This document shows positions 1 to 7,009 of a stretch of 26,724 bases of DNA, one piece after another; within the stretch, counting starts at the first letter, position 1, and the number at the start of each line of letters is the position of its first letter. The stretch is taken from positions 1 through 26,724 of the forward strand of contig JBBITQ010000279.1 in NCBI GenBank assembly GCA_037440685.1. Reading direction: 5' to 3'. The position numbers were made by a program, and so were the translations under genes. The DNA is from Clostridiales bacterium. GTDB taxonomy: Bacteria; Bacillota; Sulfobacillia; DYIH01; JBBITQ01. A model generated the notes under the pieces. That model was not told the origin of the DNA. It did no database searches and saw only the letters and a list, made by a program, of their open reading frames with translations.

Positions 1-52
1 TCACGACTTGTTAAAAGGTTCCGTACAATACGGGCGAATTATGCAGAGGTTC

Positions 53-1933
53 CTATAGTTCCATTTGTTGTGGGGGGTGTAGAGAAGAGAGGAACGGAGC
101 AGGTTCGCCGAACTTGTAGGCCACTGCCTTCCCGATCCCATACCGTCTTGCCCGATGCGTGACTCCACCACCTTTCTTCCGAGGGTGGTCGTACTCAACT
201 GCGACGTACAACCATTCCATCTGCCGCAAACAACGAAAAAACGCAGTCTGTTTGTCGTGATTCCGCAGTTTCAGGCCGTAATCTCCAAGTATTGAGGGAA
301 TCGCTGATTCAGGAATCTCACGCTCACATCCTTTGACGTACCGCAGGAAGAAAGCCATCGCTCGGAACAACGACTCCTGCTTTTCTGGTTTCTTTGCCTG
401 CTTCTCCCCAAACACGATGGGTGCAAGCCTTTCTCTCAACAACTGCTTCTCCTCGTCAGTGAACATGATCTCGATTTCAGATGGCACCACAGGCGGTGGC
501 GCTTCACGCCGAGCATCCCACGTTGCCTTGTCACCCAACTGAAACCCGATCTTCTCCCACTCGAACGCCACGACCTGCCAAGTGTAGGTCGGTGCGCTCT
601 GCCAGATTCCCTGAGCAATCCGGCGAATGTCTGCGTCCACCATCTCTCGTTTGTCCGGCAGTCGGGAACAGATCGAGACATCTGGCAACTCATCCACGAA
701 ACGCATCACGATCTCGACGGCATCGTCTTCCGTGAAGCCCTGAGCGTGGAGACCTTTGAGCGTGACCATCACGCCCGCATTGAAATGCTTAAACAGGCCC
801 AGTTCTGCGTTGGTCCACAGCTTGACCAACTCACCACGAGTTTTGCCCCGCAGCTTCCCTGTCTTGCGACGATCCTCCTTGGCACCGACATTCTTCGCCA
901 GATCACCAATTTTCGGGACGGTCGCACTGCCACAATGCTCGGCGGCGCAACCAAGATCGAGACGTTCCAGCACGAATGACAGGACCGCATCCTTGTCCAT
1001 GTACTGCCGGTTCCGATTAAGCAGCCAGTTCGCATAGCCTTCGACATCCTGTCTCAGCTTCCCCTTTCGCCAGACAAGATGCAGTGGCTTGTCCAGCAGG
1101 ACGATCCGTCCTCTTGCCAGCGGAAGTCGATGAGCGTACTGGCGGGCTGGAAACACTTCGACGGGCCGAATGGTCTTTCGCTCGTCTTCCGGCAGCGCCT
1201 CTATGCTGTCAGCCGTGAGGAAGATGTCTGGGTGCCTTCGTTCCAACTTTTGGAATTGCCTCTTCAACCAGCGGCGACGAGTCTTCAGAGGTGACTTCGT
1301 GCCGAAACATAGGATGATGTGAACGCCACGGGCGTCTCCTTCGGCCACTTGAACGTGGCAACGGTGCTTCCCGTAAAAGTGGCCGAGCAAGACTTCGAGG
1401 CGTTTGAGGAACAGCGGGTACAATACGTTGTGCAGGTCGAGATCGATCAGCAGATGACACGACGAATTCCCACCAAAGATGCCGAACTCTTCTCTGCCAG
1501 ACAGATGGCTCTCGGCACGCTGGAGCGTCAGAGACTCGTTGAACGACCGCCAGCCTTCCTCGTCAATCGTGGTGTCCCAATACCTCTCGCCTGTCGAGTC
1601 AGTGACATACGCCCCCTTGCAGCGCTTGATGAGTCGTTTTCGGTTGGCTGGCTTCACGAACGCCCGATAGAAGAGATGCTTGGCACGCTCCAACGGCGTG
1701 AGATTGATTGGCGTCGTCTGGTCTTCGTGGTAGAGATGGATGGTCTTCACGATCTTCGCCGTGGAGTCGATGACGGTCAGCTTCCGTTCTTCGATCTGCT
1801 CGAACATCGCTGCCGGTTCTGTCTTTGCTCTGACCTTTCTGCCTCGCATTCGCCACATGCTCCGTGTCGCCAGCGTGCGTGGCACATCTTTCCAACGACT
1901 GTAGACCTGTGGTTTACGCTTTCGACGAGCCAT
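53..1933 (-). CDS. Archaeo-eukaryotic primase (AEP)-superfamily primase/replication protein, 626 aa, no helicase domain
   Basis: HLSGREEFGIF...LIDLD (D164/D166, motif I), RGVH (H205, motif II), EVFP...RLPL; helical region and basic C-terminus follow; no Walker A; SD GGAGG upstream; overlaps the upstream HTH gene by 20 nt. Confidence 0.7.
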   Translation of the reverse strand: MARRKRKPQVYSRWKDVPRTLATRSMWRMRGRKVRAKTEPAAMFEQIEERKLTVIDSTAKIVKTIHLYHEDQTTPINLTPLERAKHLFYRAFVKPANRKRLIKRCKGAYVTDSTGERYWDTTIDEEGWRSFNESLTLQRAESHLSGREEFGIFGGNSSCHLLIDLDLHNVLYPLFLKRLEVLLGHFYGKHRCHVQVAEGDARGVHIILCFGTKSPLKTRRRWLKRQFQKLERRHPDIFLTADSIEALPEDERKTIRPVEVFPARQYAHRLPLARGRIVLLDKPLHLVWRKGKLRQDVEGYANWLLNRNRQYMDKDAVLSFVLERLDLGCAAEHCGSATVPKIGDLAKNVGAKEDRRKTGKLRGKTRGELVKLWTNAELGLFKHFNAGVMVTLKGLHAQGFTEDDAVEIVMRFVDELPDVSICSRLPDKREMVDADIRRIAQGIWQSAPTYTWQVVAFEWEKIGFQLGDKATWDARREAPPPVVPSEIEIMFTDEEKQLLRERLAPIVFGEKQAKKPEKQESLFRAMAFFLRYVKGCEREIPESAIPSILGDYGLKLRNHDKQTAFFRCLRQMEWLYVAVEYDHPRKKGGGVTHRARRYGIGKAVAYKFGEPAPFLSSLHPPQQMEL

Positions 1934-2231
1934 TCGTGTTGTCCTCCCTGACTGTGGCTGCGGAATTGTTTAGCTGCGCCTGCTGCTTTTCAAGGGCCTC
2001 CGCTTGCGCTGCGGTGTAGTAGGCACGCCGTGCCAGCTTGATCTTGGGCTTGGGCATGTCACCTTTGGCGATCCGCCACCGGAACACCTCGTAGCTGAGA
2101 CCCAGCCGAGCAGCCATCTGTTTTTGGTCACAAAGTCCGAGTGCGTTGCAAATCTCGGCCTGTGAGATGCGGCACAGAACTTTCAAGCCGAAAATGCGAA
2201 CCGCCGATGTAAGAAGTTGTTTGTCTGCCAT
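1914..2231 (-). CDS. AlpA/excisionase-like winged-HTH DNA-binding protein, 105 aa
   Basis: MAARLGLSYEVFRWRIAKGDMPKPKIKLARRAYY fits the AlpA/Xis pattern; start moved to ATG 2231 because of SD GGAGG. Confidence 0.7.
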   Translation of the reverse strand: MADKQLLTSAVRIFGLKVLCRISQAEICNALGLCDQKQMAARLGLSYEVFRWRIAKGDMPKPKIKLARRAYYTAAQAEALEKQQAQLNNSAATVREDNTNGSSKA

Positions 2232-2265
2232 GTGATCCTCCACACCTATCAGAGTGTGGTGGCCA

Positions 2266-2284
2266 CATTTTCTGACAGAAAATG
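2266..2284. promoter_or_regulatory. Perfect palindrome CATTTTCTG-A-CAGAAAATG, candidate operator
   Basis: 9-bp arms, in the divergent intergenic region about 35 nt upstream of the alpA-like start. Confidence 0.5.
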
Positions 2285-2439
2285 GGGCGAGCATCTCCGA
2301 CGAGCGGCGATTTGACGCATTCTTCGCTTTGACGTAGAAGGGGCTTACTTGCTGAAACAATTCAAGGCGATATGCGACCGACTGCATGATTGGCCTGAAG
2401 GCGGATCAGCGAGAGCCTCATCGGAAGGGAATCCGACCA

Positions 2440-2757
2440 ATGACTGCGCAGTCACACGAAGCACCAAATGCCATCGTAGAATGGCTCGTCTCGCATGGAG
2501 ATGCCTACAACGAAAAGACTCTGTTCCACATCGAACACGGCGATTGGGAGATCGAGGCGTCGAAGACGATGTTCGGCTCATACGCCTTGAATATCGTGAG
2601 GCTGGACCGATCTCAATGGCTCTCGTGGGAGACCTATGAAGGCGGGTGCCACTACCAAGAGGGTCGCCCAAATGCTCCAGTCAGAAGCGCCGCCGAAGTG
2701 ATCGCAGAGAGAATCCTCGCCGAGCTTCAAGCAAAACCCCACGTCGCATGTGCGTGA
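2440..2757 (+). CDS. Hypothetical protein, 105 aa
   Basis: ORF with purine-rich SD-like GAAGGGA before ATG 2440; divergent from the alpA-like gene; no recognisable motif. Confidence 0.6.
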   Translation: MTAQSHEAPNAIVEWLVSHGDAYNEKTLFHIEHGDWEIEASKTMFGSYALNIVRLDRSQWLSWETYEGGCHYQEGRPNAPVRSAAEVIAERILAELQAKPHVACA

Positions 2758-2769
2758 CATGGAGTTTTA

Positions 2770-2800
2770 GATGCCCCCTGTTTCAACCACAGGGGGCATC
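2770..2800 (+). terminator. GC-rich hairpin GATGCCCCCTG-N9-CAGGGGGCATC
   Basis: Perfect 11-bp stem just after the 2757 stop; only a weak U-tract. Confidence 0.45.
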
Positions 2801-2886
2801 GTCTTCCGTTACAAACTTTGGAACACAAACTCGGTTAGGCTCGGCAAATGACATTCGACCGAGTAGAGAATCAGGGATCATGGACG

Positions 2887-3501
2887 ATGAAAAGAATCAA
2901 AAGACAAGCACGAACGCCGTCACTTCCGTCGAGGAGGAGGCAACAGGATGATGAAGTCACCCGCATTTCTTCAGTACGAACGATCTATTGGAATGATGGA
3001 CAACAGAGAGAGCGATACGAATGCGGACAATGTGGGCAGAGTTATGACTCACCAGATGCTTGGTGCGACAATGGCTGCCACTTTCACCGATTCGTGGGCC
3101 AAGCGAGCATCTACTTCGACTCCGTTGTGAGTGACGCGGTTTCATGTTACGAAGTCAGCGACGTGAAGTTCGGACATCAGCGGTACGCCCAATACGAACA
3201 TTGCCCATTTCTGTACTTCAAGGAGAGAGGCAAACGGAGAGTGTCGATCTGGCACGGCTCTTCAATCGATTGGGTGGTGGTGTTACGGGGATGGAGGCCC
3301 GGACTGGACTTCGATCAGGTGAATGCGCTTGCTGAAACTGATGAGTGCATCTTCGAGGATCGCTCCGAAGCAGCTTTCCAGTGGCGAGAAGAGCGTCAAA
3401 GGGAAGAGCAAGAACGCCTTCACCTTCATGCACTCAAGCTCAACAAGGTGGGCGATCTGGTCGAAGCGGAGTCCGGCGACTCAGCAGCGTTCACCGTCTG
3501 A
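2887..3501 (+). CDS. Hypothetical protein, about 204 aa, with a Cys/His cluster (possible Zn-binding)
   Basis: CGQC-x9-C-x3-C-H-F-H cluster; start could also be 2848. Confidence 0.6.
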   Translation: MKRIKRQARTPSLPSRRRQQDDEVTRISSVRTIYWNDGQQRERYECGQCGQSYDSPDAWCDNGCHFHRFVGQASIYFDSVVSDAVSCYEVSDVKFGHQRYAQYEHCPFLYFKERGKRRVSIWHGSSIDWVVVLRGWRPGLDFDQVNALAETDECIFEDRSEAAFQWREERQREEQERLHLHALKLNKVGDLVEAESGDSAAFTV

Positions 3502-3594
3502 GTCACTGCGTCATTTAAGAGGCGAGGCATCTGCTGCCCTCGGGCACGGGTGTCTCTTCTTCATTACAACTTTTGCAACACAATCCACCGATCT

Positions 3595-4191
3595 TCATGG
3601 TTGCGAAGTCGGTGGAAGCTCCAAGTCACCGCAATCAAGACAGACGGTTCGATCCGGCTTGGGATCGCAGTCCATCAGGTTTCCCTGCCGGTCGAACTCG
3701 AACACGCAGCACTGATCGAGAACATCCCGTAGCATCGCTCGCCCCCGCTGGACACGGGACTTCGCACCTGACACCGACAGCCTCAGCCGGTCAGCCACTT
3801 CGTGCTGAGGCAAGCCCTCGATCTCCGACAGTCTGACGGCCTCTTGGTATGTCGGCGGAAGTTGGCCGATCAGTTCTTCGAGCCAAAGGCCAGCACTGGC
3901 CTTGAGTTGGTCCTTCCCATCGTTCTCTTCAGCCACATCGTTGTCCGCCAACGACACGTTGCCCTTCTTCGCTCGGTAGTGGTCGTTGACTACATTCCGA
4001 GCTATCTGGTAGACCCACGCCGCCAAGCGGTCGGAATCTTCGAGCTTGTCCACGTTGCGGTGAATCCGCAGGAACGTCTCTTGGAGCAGATCGTCAGCCA
4101 CATGCTCATCGGCGACCCGACGACGGATGAACCGTCGCAGGTCGTCGCTGAGTTGTGACCAGATCGTTTCAGTGGCAGGGTTCGCAGTCAT
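3595..4191 (-). CDS. sigZ: ECF RNA polymerase sigma factor, SigZ-like, with Cys-rich C-terminal extension (copy 1)
   Basis: Region 2 (ADDLLQETFLRIH, LAAWVYQIARN), region 4 (SVSGAKSRVQRGR), tail CC-x12-C-x8-CxxC; alternative start 4212 overlaps the upstream stop (ATGA). Confidence 0.85.
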   Translation of the reverse strand: MTANPATETIWSQLSDDLRRFIRRRVADEHVADDLLQETFLRIHRNVDKLEDSDRLAAWVYQIARNVVNDHYRAKKGNVSLADNDVAEENDGKDQLKASAGLWLEELIGQLPPTYQEAVRLSEIEGLPQHEVADRLRLSVSGAKSRVQRGRAMLRDVLDQCCVFEFDRQGNLMDCDPKPDRTVCLDCGDLELPPTSQP

Positions 4192-4208
4192 CGCATTCCT
4201 CTGACCCT

Positions 4209-4769
4209 TCATTCTCCCGCTTCGCTCAGGCAGGAGCAAGCTGTCATGCCACCAGCCGCATGAAAGGCTTCCTGCGCCGCCACGAAGTCCCCTCGCTCCA
4301 CGGCCTGCATGACGGATGGAATCCCCGAGCAGCACGAGGACTGGTTGGATGCGTGCTGCTGGGCTTCGTTGTCGAGGACGACGTACACCTCCCAGTTGTT
4401 TCCATCGGGATCGGAGACCCACACCTTGTCCTGCACGGCGTAGCAGCAGGTCACGTTTTCCTCAATTCTCGTCTCCAGCCCGGCCTGCTGGAGCCGGTCG
4501 GCGATCTGTTTGACGGCTTTGCTCGTCTTCACCTGAACGCCGAAGTGGGCGACCGGATTGTTCTGGCCGGTCTCGCCGCCGACTTCGTTCAGCGACAGGT
4601 TCACGGGCGGCTCGGCCACCTCGAACTTTGCGTACCGTGGCCGAGTCTTGGTCGGGGGCTGGCCGAAAAGGGACGTGTAGAAGGCGATGGACTTCTCCAA
4701 ACTCTTGACCGCCAAGCCCATGTGGATTCGACTCTCGGTCTCGAATTGAACTGCGGAATGCCTGTTCAT
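4209..4769 (-). CDS. arsI: ArsI/CadI-family VOC metalloenzyme (putative C-As lyase) with Cys-rich tail (copy 1), 186 aa
   Basis: RIHMGL, VAHFG, VTCCYAVQDKVWVSDPDGNNWEVY motifs; SD AGGAG; tail carries SSCC and CSC. Confidence 0.85.
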   Translation of the reverse strand: MNRHSAVQFETESRIHMGLAVKSLEKSIAFYTSLFGQPPTKTRPRYAKFEVAEPPVNLSLNEVGGETGQNNPVAHFGVQVKTSKAVKQIADRLQQAGLETRIEENVTCCYAVQDKVWVSDPDGNNWEVYVVLDNEAQQHASNQSSCCSGIPSVMQAVERGDFVAAQEAFHAAGGMTACSCLSEAGE

Positions 4770-4825
4770 GATCTTCTCCTCGTTCGTACTTCGACGGCTG
4801 CCGATCAGCCGCCTCTGGAAGAATA

Positions 4826-4851
4826 GACGGAGGTTTGCCGAAAAGGACGCA
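4826..4851 (-). promoter_or_regulatory. Candidate ECF-sigma promoter TGCGTC-N16-CGTC for arsI-sigZ (copy 1)
   Basis: Both boxes are conserved in the two repeat copies while the spacer varies; CGTC -10 with 16-bp spacing is typical of ECF promoters. Confidence 0.65.
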
Positions 4852-4912
4852 AGAATCCCGAGAGCAGCGGCGTGCGGCTGACTGACCATCGCAAACGCTC
4901 GGGTCGAGAGAG

Positions 4913-6421
4913 TCATTCCTTGGGAGAAACATCTGCATGGAATCCCGCACTGCTTATGGCAGACAGAACTTCTGGAGTCGGGAATCTACAGCACGCAGGG
5001 CTTTGGATTGTGGCACGGCCCGACTTGTGGTCCACATGGGCAGAGGAGATACTGGGAACACGGCGAAGCGCCTCGACAACCGCCGTCGCACACCCTTCGC
5101 AGGTCGAGCCGTCGATGTTCACCACGGTCTCTCGAACGTTTTCACTCTGGTCGCCACGGATGCGTGCAGCACCTTCGAGTGTGTTCGCAGGCATTACCGT
5201 CGTGTCGTTTGCTTTGGAGATTTCCTCTGCATTCAGAAGCTTTCCGGTGTATCCGGCTCTCTTCAAGGCCGCCAGAATCTCCTCTTTGGGGATCGGATTG
5301 CTGGGTTTCACGCCGACGACCGCCTGCCCTTTCTCATAGCTGACTTCGACGGCCATGACGCCGGGAACCTGACGGATCGCCTGAGCAACGGTCGTGGCGC
5401 AGCCTTCACAGGTCATGCCTTCGATCTGGAATACCGCCCGATTCACGTCCTCAGCGACGACGGCATGATCGCCCGTGCCGAACAGCAGACCGACGTAGCT
5501 GGGAAAGAAGAGGAAGGCGACCGCCAGCACTGTCACAACCCACAGCATCACCTTGTTCAAGGCCATCATGTTGAAGCGCTTGCTGCTGGGGGTGCAGCAG
5601 GCTTCCTCTCCTTCGGCTGGCTCCATAGCGCAGCAGCCATGTCCCGCTGCGGCAGCAGCTTTCCTTGGACGGTAGGTGAAGTAGAACGCCGCTCCGAGAA
5701 AGCCGAAGGTGACGACGATGAACAGTGGGCGATACGTTTCCGGTGTGGCAGCGATTCCGGCACCTGAGACACCCACGGCGAGCAGCACCAGCGGTAGCCA
5801 GCAGCAGGCCGAGGCCATGATCGCTGAGACGACCGTACCGACTTTGGCGATCTTTTCGCCACGACCCGTCGATGGCTTTTCCGCCGTCGCAGCGGTCAGG
5901 TTCGATTCAATCATTCCCAATTCCTCCTGAGCGATTTGGATGCCCTTGGTCACGCTCCCCAGACAGCAAGACCCGCTCGGATTGGAAGTCTCGCAATGGC
6001 AACCGGGGTCTTTCATCTTGGCCCGGATGTCTTCCAGAGCGTCGGAGCGGCCATTCGTGCGAAGCTCCTCTTTGATGCTGGCGACCGAATGCCCGAAGCA
6101 GTAGCACAAGGGCCGCTCACCACTGGTTTCCTTCACGCCGACCGTAACTTTGAGTTGCGACTTCGTGAATCTGGTGTCGCCTTCCTCCGAGAAGTACACC
6201 ACGTCACAGTCAGGTGAATCGCAGAATCGCCAGCCCGTATCGCCGGTGATCGGCGTGCATCCCTCACCGTCTGGACCGCAGCACGATTGATCGCCTTTGC
6301 CGATCTCGGTAGCGAACTGATCCTTGAGCAGCGCTCGTAAAGTCACCGGCGAGACCCGCTTCGCCTTCTTGTCGCAGGAGGGGCAAGCCACTCGCTTGGC
6401 CGTAGTTGTTTCTGCGGTCAT
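4913..6421 (-). CDS. Fusion protein: CopZ-N-type Zn/[2Fe-2S] domain + MerT-like membrane domain + two HMA domains, 502 aa
   Basis: CPSC, FCDSPDCDVVYF, CYC, C..NPSGSCC (Archaeoglobus CopZ N-domain pattern); MASACCWLPL..YRP (MerT pattern); GMTCEGC and GSTCEGC (HMA). Confidence 0.85.
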   Translation of the reverse strand: MTAETTTAKRVACPSCDKKAKRVSPVTLRALLKDQFATEIGKGDQSCCGPDGEGCTPITGDTGWRFCDSPDCDVVYFSEEGDTRFTKSQLKVTVGVKETSGERPLCYCFGHSVASIKEELRTNGRSDALEDIRAKMKDPGCHCETSNPSGSCCLGSVTKGIQIAQEELGMIESNLTAATAEKPSTGRGEKIAKVGTVVSAIMASACCWLPLVLLAVGVSGAGIAATPETYRPLFIVVTFGFLGAAFYFTYRPRKAAAAAGHGCCAMEPAEGEEACCTPSSKRFNMMALNKVMLWVVTVLAVAFLFFPSYVGLLFGTGDHAVVAEDVNRAVFQIEGMTCEGCATTVAQAIRQVPGVMAVEVSYEKGQAVVGVKPSNPIPKEEILAALKRAGYTGKLLNAEEISKANDTTVMPANTLEGAARIRGDQSENVRETVVNIDGSTCEGCATAVVEALRRVPSISSAHVDHKSGRATIQSPACCRFPTPEVLSAISSAGFHADVSPKE

Positions 6422-6484
6422 CGAACCACCTTTCCACCGGGATGACGAGAATAAGAACTCTTGTCGAAACCTCGTTCCACGTCT

Positions 6485-6516
6485 ATTATCGACATTGCAC
6501 CTAAGTACAAGGTCAA
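6485..6516 (-). promoter_or_regulatory. MerR-type promoter/operator for the fusion gene
   Basis: Minus strand TTGACC-N20-GATAAT with dyad ACCTTGTAC-TTAG-GTGCAATGT; long spacer is typical of MerR-family targets; divergent merR-like gene adjacent. Confidence 0.8.
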
Positions 6517-6592
6517 GGCGGTTTGGAGATTTTTTTCGAGCTTCGCCGTCTGGCACGCAAGCACTTGTAAACACACTGCTTACGGAGCGGCA

Positions 6593-7009
6593 ATGCAAAG
6601 GCAATTCACGATCAGCCAAGTGGCACAAGCCGCCGAGCTTCCCACGACGACCGTGCGTTACTACGAGCGGGTCGGACTGGTCGAGCCGGAAGACCGCAGT
6701 GCGGGCAACTACCGCCTCTACAGTGAGGAGTCGCTCCGCAAGCTGAAGTTCATCCGGGCGGCACAGGCCATCGGCTTCACGCTGGACGACGTGAAGGCCC
6801 TCCTCTTGACCCCGAATAACACCGCCGCATCCTGTCGAGAAGTGCAGACGCTCATCGAAGATCGACTGGCCGAAGTCGATCAACGGCTGAAGGACTTGCG
6901 GCACGTTCAACGAGTGCTGAAGTCATCGCTGGAGAAGTGCAAAGAAACCGAGCGGGCCGACTGCTGCCACGTCATCGAGACGCTGCGAGAATCGTCAGGG
7001 ACGAAATGA
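6593..7009 (+). CDS. MerR-family metal-responsive regulator, 138 aa
   Basis: TISQVAQAA..TVRYYERVGL HTH; C81, C116, C124/C125 match the C82/C117/C126 spacing of Hg(II)-sensing MerR. Confidence 0.9.
   Translation: MQRQFTISQVAQAAELPTTTVRYYERVGLVEPEDRSAGNYRLYSEESLRKLKFIRAAQAIGFTLDDVKALLLTPNNTAASCREVQTLIEDRLAEVDQRLKDLRHVQRVLKSSLEKCKETERADCCHVIETLRESSGTK

Larger units (their letters stand above)
3613..4855. repeat. Direct repeat copy 1 (1243 bp): ECF promoter + arsI-like + sigZ-like
   Basis: Collinear with 17479-18721 at a constant offset of 13866 at both ends and both start codons; 20 mismatches counted in a 180-nt sample (about 89% identity). Confidence 0.95.

Noticed and set aside
1-198. 65-aa minus-strand ORF
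   Set aside because: Almost fully overlaps the primase 3' end in another frame; no SD or motif
4937-5767. Long antisense ORFs here and at 8753-9592, 9604-10386, 16198-17160, 18931-19689 and 21937-22752
   Set aside because: Shadows of well-supported opposite-strand genes in GC-rich DNA; no motifs
6421-6910. N-terminal extension making the fusion protein 665 aa
   Set aside because: Would run through the MerR operator and overlap merR antisense; ATG 6421 has an SD and starts at the domain boundary
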